Shown: positions 30,165 through 37,474, counted from the first letter of the stretch. The stretch: DNA of 37,474 nucleotides from an uncultured Bdellovibrionales bacterium (GCA_964485555.1 CAZAJN010000078.1:1-37474); one strand, 5' to 3'. Notes: generated from the letters alone by a model not told the origin. Translations and numbers: made by a program.

Positions 30165-30812
30165 CTATCGATTAGGATTCGCACTGCAATCAAACTGTCC
30201 CCAACTCGTGATGTTCATGCCAAATGTAGGATTTCCTTGAGCGTCTGTTTTCGATCCCAATGATTGTATGACAGTGTTGACAATCAGCCATCCGGCAAAA
30301 ATAATAACAAAACCTATAGCTGCATTTTTCATAATATCCTTGGCTCTTCCTGTTGTCTTTGGGTCTCCAGCTGAAACTACATACACAACTCCAGCAATAG
30401 TAAAAGCAAGCAAGCCAACACCTATGGAAATTCTCATGATGTATTGGATCACATTATTGAGCCCCGCTATAAAGTCACAAAGCGTGCACATAGATTGACC
30501 AGGTCTTCCACATTTCACCAACTGACTCTCTTCGGTTGTAGTTCCCGGAATCTTATAGTCTGTTGCCTGTCCGGCACTTCCAGGGCCAGAAGCGGGAGTG
30601 GTGACAACGCCTGATGTGACACAATTCCCTTTGCCATCGCATTTTCCATATTCAGCACTTTTGCCATCACCAACCGAGCATGCTGTCTTGTCAGGTTTAT
30701 TCAGACAAACTGCATCTGCAGCCATGGCTGGCAAATTATTGACAAAAAGTCCACCCAACAGGATGACGCTATATGCGATACTTTTTATAGTTTTCATTTT
30801 CATGATCATCAA
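30165..30812 (-). CDS. Secreted Cys-rich protein with a VirB2/TrbC-like pilin module and C-terminal extension (P6)
   Basis: 215 aa. Signal peptide ...SVILLGGLFVNNLPAMA|AD and a Cys-rich ectodomain. The module is ISIGVGLLAFTIAGVVYVVSAGDPKTTGRAKDIMKNAAIGFVIIFAGWLIV, followed by a 35-aa tail containing Cys. Confidence 0.8.
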   Translation of the reverse strand: MMIMKMKTIKSIAYSVILLGGLFVNNLPAMAADAVCLNKPDKTACSVGDGKSAEYGKCDGKGNCVTSGVVTTPASGPGSAGQATDYKIPGTTTEESQLVKCGRPGQSMCTLCDFIAGLNNVIQYIMRISIGVGLLAFTIAGVVYVVSAGDPKTTGRAKDIMKNAAIGFVIIFAGWLIVNTVIQSLGSKTDAQGNPTFGMNITSWGQFDCSANPNR

Positions 30813-30824
30813 AATTATATGATT

Positions 30825-32294
30825 CTATCGGGCTGTGCTTCCGCCCGATGAATAATTCACTCTATTCTTTGCCAACACCAATCCATCATGCAAAGAGAGA
30901 TCTCCTCGTGCCACAGATTCAATGACGTCACTCAAAATATTGTCGACGTTGATGGGATCAACTTGATACCAATGCTTGGCCACCAGATTGCTTTGTGCAA
31001 ATGGACCTAGTTTTGAATCTGTTTTTTGAGCTTCTATCAGATCACGTCTGGCTGCTGGCTGTTGGGTTTTTTTCAGATAATCCAAGGCTGGATCAAAATT
31101 AATTGGAAAATCCTTGCTGTTTTTGGTGCTGGCATTATAAAGAGTTATCATCCCAGCATTTTTAAGAGTCAAAAATCGTAAGAATTGCCACGATTCATGA
31201 GTTCTGACTTCATTTGGAACTGGCGCTGAGGATTGCGCGCCAACAGCAGCCACAGGATTGACTTTGTTTCTAGCCACTCCATACCCCCAATAATTTGCAA
31301 CGCTCACAGGCTTAGCTGGATAGATTTGTGGAACAGTTGAGATTTCATAATTCAGTTTTGGATTCTTGCTTCTTATCTCGTCATTTTGCCATGAATAATT
31401 GAAAAGCATTGCAACCGAACCCTCGGCGAATGCATCCACTGAATTGTGTTGTCTGCCATTCCAAGTATAGAGAGGGTTTTGCGTGTTAGTCGCAGTGCTG
31501 AGCCTTGAAAATTGAGTATAATATCCCAAAGCCATTTCCCCAGCTTGAATTATTTCGCCTTCCGGAGAAACCACACCTTCATCAAATTTTGCCAACATGC
31601 CTTTTTTCATTGGCAACTCGACTCCGTTTTGGAGCATCAGCAAACTCAAAATGTCTGAGGCTCTGTTAACATTGTAAGCCGTACCTATTGCTGCTCCAGA
31701 TTGTCGTATGTTGCCGACAGCATCAATGACAGTCAGTTTTTTGACAGCACTATTGAATTCCAGCCAAGTCTTAGGTGGTGAAGTTATTCCAGCTGCATTG
31801 AACATGTCCTTGTTATAGTAAAGAGCCATGGAATCAATGCTCAATGGCACAGCATAGACTTTCGAATTTTCCACAAAGTCGGACAACACAACATCCGGAA
31901 AATTATTCTTGACGTCCTGTTCACTGACAAAAGGAGTAGGTGCAGGCTCAAGTTTGTTGACATAAGAAGGGAGCCAAGAATTATTGATCAAGAAAATATC
32001 AGGCCCCTGACCGGACGCCAGAGCATCCAACAACTCCTGTGAATACGTATCTGGAGAAAATTTTCGATATTTGATCTCCCCAACGTAAGGATTGATTGTT
32101 TTGTATTGATTTATTATCTCGTTATAGACAGTAGAATCATCAAATATTCCCCAGATTTCCAAATTCACCAAATATCCAGCCTGCTGAGATGTTCCACAAC
32201 CTGAAAAGAAAGGTGTCATGATCATAGCCAACAATGCCAAGAGGATCCGACTCTTATTTCCAAATGAAGCAGTTATGTTTTCTTTTTTTGACAT
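30825..32294 (-). CDS. Extracellular solute-binding lipoprotein (ABC family-1, sugar-type SBP)
   Basis: 489 aa. Lipobox-like FFSGC after a hydrophobic leader. The body is MalE-like (LEIWGIFDD..., GQGPDIFLINNSWLPSYV). No permease or ATPase gene is adjacent. Confidence 0.8.
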   Translation of the reverse strand: MSKKENITASFGNKSRILLALLAMIMTPFFSGCGTSQQAGYLVNLEIWGIFDDSTVYNEIINQYKTINPYVGEIKYRKFSPDTYSQELLDALASGQGPDIFLINNSWLPSYVNKLEPAPTPFVSEQDVKNNFPDVVLSDFVENSKVYAVPLSIDSMALYYNKDMFNAAGITSPPKTWLEFNSAVKKLTVIDAVGNIRQSGAAIGTAYNVNRASDILSLLMLQNGVELPMKKGMLAKFDEGVVSPEGEIIQAGEMALGYYTQFSRLSTATNTQNPLYTWNGRQHNSVDAFAEGSVAMLFNYSWQNDEIRSKNPKLNYEISTVPQIYPAKPVSVANYWGYGVARNKVNPVAAVGAQSSAPVPNEVRTHESWQFLRFLTLKNAGMITLYNASTKNSKDFPINFDPALDYLKKTQQPAARRDLIEAQKTDSKLGPFAQSNLVAKHWYQVDPINVDNILSDVIESVARGDLSLHDGLVLAKNRVNYSSGGSTAR

Positions 32295-32332
32295 ATTTTT
32301 GTTTTATTATTCCAAAGCGAAAAATTCAGCTC

Positions 32333-32884
32333 TTACTTCTTTGCCACGAACGCATAGTGGAAATCTCCCGCATCGATGTTCCTATCAACTGTAAATTTCT
32401 TTTCTTCAAACATGCCCTTGAGACTTTCCTGCTTGATTCGAATGCTCAGATCTGGGCCTATTGCTTCTTCAGCCTGATTCCATTCAACCACAATGACCAT
32501 TCCTCCTGGCTTCAAAACTCTGTATGCTTCAGCAATGATGACATCTTTTCTTTGATTCTGAAACAGAATATCTTTCATGATCACCCAATCCAAGGATTCA
32601 TTTTCCATTTTCGAACCATTTTCTTTTTCCAAATTAACCCTTTTGGTTTCAATGTTTATTATGCCTGAATTCTTGCATTTACCAACAACTGTTTCCAAGG
32701 CTTGTGGCAAAACATCCAACGAATAAATCTTGCCGGCTTGTCCGACAGCGCTGGCAAAAGGCAGAGAAAAATATCCAGGACCACATCCGAAATCTGCCAC
32801 AACACTTCCTTCCTGAACATCCAATTGCGCAATAATCTTAGTTGGATCAAGAAATTTTCCAACCTGGCTTTGCGAAACCTCCAT
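32333..32884 (-). CDS. Class I SAM-dependent methyltransferase
   Basis: 183 aa with motif I VVADFGCGPGYFS and motif post-I IYSLDV. Confidence 0.85.
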   Translation of the reverse strand: MEVSQSQVGKFLDPTKIIAQLDVQEGSVVADFGCGPGYFSLPFASAVGQAGKIYSLDVLPQALETVVGKCKNSGIINIETKRVNLEKENGSKMENESLDWVIMKDILFQNQRKDVIIAEAYRVLKPGGMVIVVEWNQAEEAIGPDLSIRIKQESLKGMFEEKKFTVDRNIDAGDFHYAFVAKK

Positions 32885-32915
32885 AGCATTTTTTTATAAA
32901 CAATTAGCTTTCTAT

Positions 32916-32944
32916 AGTTTACAACAAAAACGCAAAAACAACAA
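32916..32944 (-). promoter_or_regulatory. Candidate promoter of the long minus-strand gene train (MTase-SBP-pilins-VirB4...)
   Basis: Minus strand TTGTTG (32939-32944), a 17-nt spacer, then TAAACT (32916-32921), about 30 nt upstream of the ATG at 32884. Confidence 0.35.
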
Positions 32945-32953
32945 AGCTGAATT

Positions 32954-32995
32954 GTATTTGGTATTTGGTATTTGGTATTTGGTATTTGGTATTTG
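32954..32995. repeat. Perfect heptanucleotide tandem repeat, (GTATTTG)x6
   Basis: Six exact copies from 32954 to 32995 plus a partial seventh. It lies 10 nt upstream of the candidate -35, in the divergent region between the MTase operon and tRNA-Ser. Confidence 0.95.
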
Positions 32996-33071
32996 GTTTC
33001 TAGTTACTGATTACGAGTTACGAGTCGCATGTTTGTCTGATTGTATGTTTTCATGATTAAATGATTATCAT

Positions 33072-33160
33072 GGAGGGTTGGCAGAGCCCGGTCGAATGCG
33101 CCGCACTCGAAATGCGGTAAGGGAGAAATCTCTTCGCAGGTTCAAATCCTGTGCCCTCCG
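33072..33160 (+). tRNA. tRNA-Ser (anticodon CGA), class II with long variable arm
   Basis: Acceptor GGAGGGT/GCCCTCC. Anticodon arm CCGCA-CTCGAAA-TGCGG. The variable arm contains GGGAGAAATCTCTTC. T-arm GCAGG-TTCAAAT-CCTGT; discriminator G. Confidence 0.9.
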
Positions 33161-33169
33161 CCTTCGACC

Positions 33170-33217
33170 GCCATAGCAAGCTTCGGTGGACCATTTCCGC
33201 AAGAAACTTGCTATGGC
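33170..33217 (+). other. 11-bp perfect hairpin 10 nt downstream of tRNA-Ser
   Basis: GCCATAGCAAG (33170-33180) pairs with CTTGCTATGGC (33207-33217) across a 26-nt loop. No U-run follows. Confidence 0.5.
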
Positions 33218-33354
33218 CAGTGTAAATGACGAGCATGCGAATTATGCACAATATAGCTGAGCCAAACATCCTGACCTAAAGGCTGTTTTTTTCTTTACAT
33301 AAGGCAAAATTAGTTATATACTTTGTTGTATATATTAATTATAAGGTTTATTCC

Positions 33355-33858
33355 ATGTTAATATCGGAACAATTTTCATTCTATATTTCCATTTTGGCAA
33401 TGTTATTGGCTTCAGTGAGCCTATTTTTGGCAATATTGAGCAATTCCCGTCACAAAAAAACCCAAAAGAACATTGAAATGCTCTTTTCAGGTAAGAATGC
33501 CCAGGATTTGGAGTCAGTTATTTTGAACCACACCAGGGAAATCGCTGATATAGACAAAGAAATTCAGGAACTTTTTGAGATTTCCAACAAGATTCATGCC
33601 CTGACACAAAAGAGCATCCACAAAGTAGGCATCATCAGATTCAATCCTTTCAAGGATATAGGCGGCGATCAAAGCTTTGCACTGGCTCTTCTTGACGGAA
33701 AGGATTCGGGCTTGGTCATCTCATCTCTTCACACCCGCGAAGGAACTCGAATTTATTCAAAACCGATAACCAGAGGGGAGTCCGAGAAATACACACTGAC
33801 TGATGAGGAGAAAGCAGCCATAAAAAGCGCAGTCACAATCAAGCCCATAAAAATCTAA
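33355..33858 (+). CDS. DUF4446-family protein (N-terminal TM anchor)
   Basis: 167 aa. A TM helix ISILAMLLASVSLFLAIL precedes the family-like core GIIRFNPFKDIGGDQSFALALLDGKDSGLVISSLHTREGTRIYSKPI. Confidence 0.8.
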   Translation: MLISEQFSFYISILAMLLASVSLFLAILSNSRHKKTQKNIEMLFSGKNAQDLESVILNHTREIADIDKEIQELFEISNKIHALTQKSIHKVGIIRFNPFKDIGGDQSFALALLDGKDSGLVISSLHTREGTRIYSKPITRGESEKYTLTDEEKAAIKSAVTIKPIKI

Positions 33859-33879
33859 TCTTTTTCGAAATACAACATA

Positions 33880-35682
33880 ATGAATGAACCAGAGAAAAAA
33901 AACCTGCCTGCCGGCAGGCAGGTTGTCAAAGTTCCAACCAGCATAACCGTGAAGAAATTTAGCGAGCTTTTAGGCTTGCCTGTTTCACATGTGATCACCG
34001 AGCTGCTGAAAAACAACATTCTTGCAACCATCAATGAAGAAATTGACTTTGATACTGCGACAATCATTGCCCAGGACCTTGGATTTGAAACTGAAGCTGA
34101 CCTGGTCATTTCTGACAGCGAAACAATAACTGTTGAAAAACTGATTGAAATTTGCAAGAAAGAAAAAGAATCTGGAAAAAATCTTCATCCTCGCCCACCG
34201 GTTGTGACCATTCTTGGTCATGTTGATCACGGCAAGACGACTCTTTTGGACACGATTCGCAAAGCCAGCGTGGCTGCCAAGGAAGCTGGAGGAATCACTC
34301 AGCACATCAGCGCCTATCAAGTAAAAAAGAAAGGCAAATTGATAACTTTCATCGACACTCCTGGACATGAAGCTTTCTCAGGAATGAGAGAACGAGGAGT
34401 CAGCATAGCCGACATCGCAGTTTTGGTTGTGGCAGCGGACGACGGAGTCAGACCACAAACTAAAGAGGTTATTGAGTATTTGAAAGATAAGAAAATTCCA
34501 ACCGTTGTCGCCATCAACAAAATCGACAAACCTGATGCCAACCCTCAGCGCGTGAAACAGGAATTGGCCGACAATGGAATCCTGATCGAACAATGGGGTG
34601 GAGACATTATCAGCGTGGAGGTCAGTGCCAAGCAGAACATGGGAATAGATTCCCTTTTGGAAAGTATTCTATTAGTAGCTGAAGTGGAAGATTTCAAGGC
34701 TGATGACAAACGAGATGGATTTGGAATCGTTCTCGAATCCAATCTTGATCCGCAAAAGGGACCCATCGCAACCATTCTTGTCAAAACCGGAACACTGAAA
34801 GTAGGACAGGATGTGACAGCAGGAACAGCTTATGGTCGCATCAAGAAGATGGAAGACTTCACTGGAAAAAATCTCTTGACTGCCGGACCATCGATGCCTA
34901 TCAAGATCATGGGACTCAATAGCACTGCAAATTCAAACGATGTTCTTCAGGTGGTGAGCGGAAAATCAATAGCCCGCTTGAAATCAAAAGAATTTTCTGG
35001 CGGATTGATTGAACGCAAAGAAAAAGTCACTTCACAAAAATTGATGCGCATCATGGAGGAAGACAAGATCCAGAAATTGAACCTCATTCTGAAAGCGGAT
35101 GTCCAAGGATCATTGGAAGCCATTGAACAAATCATCTCGACCATCAAGACCGACGAAGTCATCGTAGACTACGTAGAGACTGGAATCGGAAACATCACAG
35201 AATCAGACATCAAAATCGGTGCTCCATCCCAAGCCATGATTTTGGGATTCAATGTTGAAACGACGACCGTTGCCAAGCGCTTGGCTGAGGCTAGCGGAGT
35301 CAAGATCAAAACTTTCAAGATCATCTACGAATTGGTTGAAGAGGTCAAAAAAACCATCATTGACATGCTTCCGCCTGAAATAGTTCGCACAGATCATGGA
35401 ATGGTGAACGTTCTGGCAATTTTCAAAACTGGCAAGCGAGACATGATCGTGGGAGGACGCGTGACTGAAGGAAAAATTATCAAAGGAGCTTCCATTGAAA
35501 TCCGAAGAGAAGGAGAGATTGTCGGCAAAGGAAAGTTGGAAGCGCTTCAGCAAGACAAGAAAGTCACTCCTGAAGTTGGAAAAGGAAATGAATGCGGAAT
35601 TGTGTTTGAAGGAGACACCAAAATCAAAGAAGGCGACATGTTGATCGCATATACTGAAGAAGAAAGGAAGAGAACATTATAG
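33880..35682 (+). CDS. infB: Translation initiation factor IF-2
   Basis: 600 aa. G-domain motifs GHVDHGKTTLLD, DTPGHEAF, NKID and SAK, followed by the C-terminal beta-barrel domains. Confidence 0.96.
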   Translation: MNEPEKKNLPAGRQVVKVPTSITVKKFSELLGLPVSHVITELLKNNILATINEEIDFDTATIIAQDLGFETEADLVISDSETITVEKLIEICKKEKESGKNLHPRPPVVTILGHVDHGKTTLLDTIRKASVAAKEAGGITQHISAYQVKKKGKLITFIDTPGHEAFSGMRERGVSIADIAVLVVAADDGVRPQTKEVIEYLKDKKIPTVVAINKIDKPDANPQRVKQELADNGILIEQWGGDIISVEVSAKQNMGIDSLLESILLVAEVEDFKADDKRDGFGIVLESNLDPQKGPIATILVKTGTLKVGQDVTAGTAYGRIKKMEDFTGKNLLTAGPSMPIKIMGLNSTANSNDVLQVVSGKSIARLKSKEFSGGLIERKEKVTSQKLMRIMEEDKIQKLNLILKADVQGSLEAIEQIISTIKTDEVIVDYVETGIGNITESDIKIGAPSQAMILGFNVETTTVAKRLAEASGVKIKTFKIIYELVEEVKKTIIDMLPPEIVRTDHGMVNVLAIFKTGKRDMIVGGRVTEGKIIKGASIEIRREGEIVGKGKLEALQQDKKVTPEVGKGNECGIVFEGDTKIKEGDMLIAYTEEERKRTL

Positions 35683-35823
35683 AAAAATTCCAATATACAA
35701 GAAACGAAAACCAAACAAGTTCCAATAACCAATTCTAAAATTTCAAAAAGTTTGGATATTGATTATTTTTATTTGTAATTTGTTTGTATCTTGTTACTTG
35801 ATTATTGGTTATTATTTAAATCC

Positions 35824-36153
35824 ATGTCTGAACGTATCACAAAACTAAACAAACTTATCAAGCAACACCTGGGTGAGATTTTTCAACGCGAATTGTCACT
35901 CAAGCCAGGTCTGTTTTTGACGATCGCCAAAGTTGACACCACTCCAGATATCAGATATACTCGAGTGTCTATTAGCGTCTTTCCTTTCAAGGAATCAGAC
36001 TATGCAATCAAGACATTGAACAAAGAGATATATTCGATCCAAGGAGCCCTGAACAAAAAGCTTGCCATGAGGCCGCTTCCCCGCATTGAATTCATCCTGG
36101 ACTCGACAGAGGAAGAAGCAGACAAGATCGAAAAGATTCTCAAGGAGGTCTAG
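35824..36153 (+). CDS. rbfA: Ribosome-binding factor A
   Basis: 109 aa from the ATG at 35824 (MSERITKLNKLIKQHLGEIFQRE...), directly downstream of infB. The ORF-track start at 35791 is a TTG within repeat words. Confidence 0.88.
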   Translation: MSERITKLNKLIKQHLGEIFQRELSLKPGLFLTIAKVDTTPDIRYTRVSISVFPFKESDYAIKTLNKEIYSIQGALNKKLAMRPLPRIEFILDSTEEEADKIEKILKEV

Positions 36154-36187
36154 CCCCACTCAAAACAAAAATACAGTCTCATAAAAT

Positions 36188-36216
36188 TCTTAAACTTTTT
36201 TAGTTTAAGATTTTTT
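36188..36216 (+). terminator. Intrinsic terminator after rbfA
   Basis: Perfect 9-bp stem TCTTAAACT / AGTTTAAGA with a 5-nt loop, followed by TTTTTT. Confidence 0.6.
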
Positions 36217-36225
36217 ATTCAAGTT

Positions 36226-36331
36226 CCTACAAACTTACAAATTTTTACAAAAATACAAAAGTGTTTTTTTCCAAACTGTGTGAGTCAATTTTGTATTTTT
36301 GTAATTTTGTATTTTTTCGTATTTTCGTAGG
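36226..36331. repeat. W3 inverted-repeat pair, 'empty' version of the 8963-9205 element
   Basis: Left arm CCTACAAACTTACAAATTTTTACAAAAATACAAAA (nearly identical to 8963-8997) pairs with right arm TTTTGTATTTTTGTAATTTTGTATTTTTTCGTATTTTCGTAGG. The core is 28 nt. Confidence 0.7.
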
Positions 36332-36371
36332 GTGGCATCCAACTTAAACACACTATCCTAAAATAGAATCC

Positions 36372-37331
36372 ATGAAAAATTTCGACCAAGAATTCAATAC
36401 GCTTTCCTATGTCATAGCAAAATCCAAAAATATTCTGCTTTTTGCCCATTCCGGACCAGATGGTGACACCGCTGGCAGTGTGCTAGCTTTCAAAGACTAT
36501 CTCACCTCAATCGGAAAAAAAGCGGTGATCGGTTGCGTAGATCCAATTCCGACTTTTCTGGAAAATCTGACTGAAGAAGAATTTGTTCTTCCTCAAAATT
36601 TAGATCTTTCCATTTTTGATGCAGCCATCGGATGTGACAGTGTTGAAAGAGGTTTTCAAAAAATAATCACCGAGCTTCCGGAAAAAACCGTGACCGCCAT
36701 CATTGATCATCATCCTGACATCACCATCAAAGCCGACATCGTCATCATAGATTCCAAATGCTCATCAACCTGTGAAATCATCTATGAATATTTCGCCTCT
36801 CAACAAATAACCATTTCGAAAAATATTGCGACCTATCTGATGATTGGAATCTTGTCCGATACTGGCAATTTTCAGCATGCCAACACATCCAGTCGCGTCA
36901 TGGAAATCTCCTCGGATCTCATGAAAAGAGGTGCGTCGGTTTCAAAAATAATTGAAGCCACTTTTGCCAATAAAAAACTTTCAACATTAAAACTCTGGGG
37001 CAAAGCTTTTGAAAAAGCAAAAATCAATCCAATAAATGGATTGATAACAACGGTACTCACCCAAGCCGACATTGAAGAATGCAAAGCCTCAACTGAAGAT
37101 ATAGGTCAAGTCGCTTCAATTCTAAACACGGTTCCTGGAACAAAATTCTCCTTAGTGCTTTCCGAAAGAGACAATGGCATCATCAAAGGAAGTCTAAGAA
37201 GCGAGGAATACAAAGGCGTTGATGTTAGCGAAATCGCCCACCAATTCGGAGGTGGCGGACACAGACTAGCAAGCGGATTTGAAGTTCAAGGAAAGATAAT
37301 TGAAACCGAAACTGGCTGGGAAATAGTTTAG
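36372..37331 (+). CDS. nrnA: DHH-family phosphoesterase, NrnA-like bifunctional oligoribonuclease/pAp phosphatase
   Basis: 319 aa. Motifs HSGPDGDTAGS, IIDHH and the DHHA1 motif GGGGH. It sits in the conserved infB-rbfA-nrnA context. Confidence 0.88.
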   Translation: MKNFDQEFNTLSYVIAKSKNILLFAHSGPDGDTAGSVLAFKDYLTSIGKKAVIGCVDPIPTFLENLTEEEFVLPQNLDLSIFDAAIGCDSVERGFQKIITELPEKTVTAIIDHHPDITIKADIVIIDSKCSSTCEIIYEYFASQQITISKNIATYLMIGILSDTGNFQHANTSSRVMEISSDLMKRGASVSKIIEATFANKKLSTLKLWGKAFEKAKINPINGLITTVLTQADIEECKASTEDIGQVASILNTVPGTKFSLVLSERDNGIIKGSLRSEEYKGVDVSEIAHQFGGGGHRLASGFEVQGKIIETETGWEIV

Positions 37332-37333
37332 CT

Positions 37334-37400
37334 AGAATCATGAATCAAGAGTCATGAATCATGCGCTGTTATTTTTTTGCATGATTCGTAATTCATTACC
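37334..37400. repeat. Word-repeat spacer, family W1, inverted arms
   Basis: Sequence AGAATCATGAATCAAGAGTCATGAATCATGC-GCTGTTATTTTTTT-GCATGATTCGTAATTCATTA. Confidence 0.75.
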
Positions 37401-37465
37401 TGCCTGCCCTGCCCGCCGGGCAGGCGGGCGGGGGGCGAAGGGGGGGGGAGGTTTTTTCTTTTTTT
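37399..37465 (+). terminator. GC-rich hairpin island C followed by a T-run (likely nrnA terminator)
   Basis: The C-rich arm CCTGCCTGCCCTGCCCGCC pairs with the G-rich arm GGCGGGCGGGGGGCGAAGGGGGGGGAGG (core GCCCGCC/GGCGGGC), followed by TTTTTTCTTTTTTT. It is truncated context at the window end. Confidence 0.55.
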
Positions 37466-37474
37466 GGTGTTTAC

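Noticed and set aside
9384-30812. Integrative conjugative element or plasmid-derived island carrying the T4SS genes.
   Set aside because: There is no relaxase, coupling protein, replication or partition genes, or clear att-like borders. The two T4SS loci are interleaved with core genes (rsmA, pcrA, comM) of similar composition. The Xer-type recombinase resembles the housekeeping type.
32885-33071. Replication origin at the strand-switch point (minus-strand genes on the left, plus-strand genes on the right, AT-rich tandem repeats).
   Set aside because: There are no convincing DnaA boxes; the best is TTATAAACA, with two mismatches. Neither dnaA nor dnaN is nearby. The region is adequately explained as a divergent promoter region.
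33057-33269. A 70-aa minus-strand ORF.
   Set aside because: It overlaps tRNA-Ser(CGA) and its trailer hairpin and has no coding features.
1-37474. Alternative genetic code (UGA as Gly, as in some CPR lineages).
   Set aside because: All conserved genes read full-length with the standard code. TGA is used as a stop, for example at 14262 and 19374, with gene ends where homology predicts them.

Overview
This is an AT-rich, tightly packed 37.5-kb chromosomal segment that reads cleanly in the standard bacterial code. I infer a small-genome Patescibacteria/CPR-type bacterium from three things: compact housekeeping proteins, a stand-alone four-helix-bundle 'IVS/Avd-like' gene, and many two-TM pilin-like genes. 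Housekeeping genes: hup, rny, gpmI, clpP, tig, ppaC, nusA, a Xer-type recombinase, pcrA/uvrD, rsmA, a G5-RlpA wall protein, comM, a DUF4446 protein, infB, rbfA, nrnA, tRNA-Pro(UGG) and tRNA-Ser(CGA). Almost all genes from 352 to 32884 are on the minus strand, and genes from 33072 onward are on the plus strand. The main accessory content is a type IV secretion (T4SS)-like apparatus split into two minus-strand loci. Locus A (9384-16400) holds a VirB6/TrbL-like membrane protein, a 561-aa orphan, a four-helix-bundle protein and four tandem VirB2/TrbC-like pilin paralogs, one carrying a ~370-aa Cys-rich ectodomain. Locus B (25376-30812) holds two Cys-rich pilin-fusion genes (one with two pilin modules), a PrgI/VirB3-like protein, a VirB4-N-domain-like ORF, a VirB4 ATPase and a small membrane protein. 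No coupling protein, relaxase or VirB11 is present in the window. A LysM-CHAP hydrolase, an orphan solute-binding lipoprotein and a heptamer tandem repeat at the operon promoter are associated with these loci. The second notable feature is the intergenic architecture: nearly every spacer is built from short 6-8 nt 'words' arranged as imperfect inverted repeats. A few word families recur at distant loci, sometimes running into coding ends or lying in-frame inside a gene. There are also three GC-rich hairpin islands and a repeated CGAGCGA-hairpin element. All functional calls rest on motifs read by eye. No database search was run.
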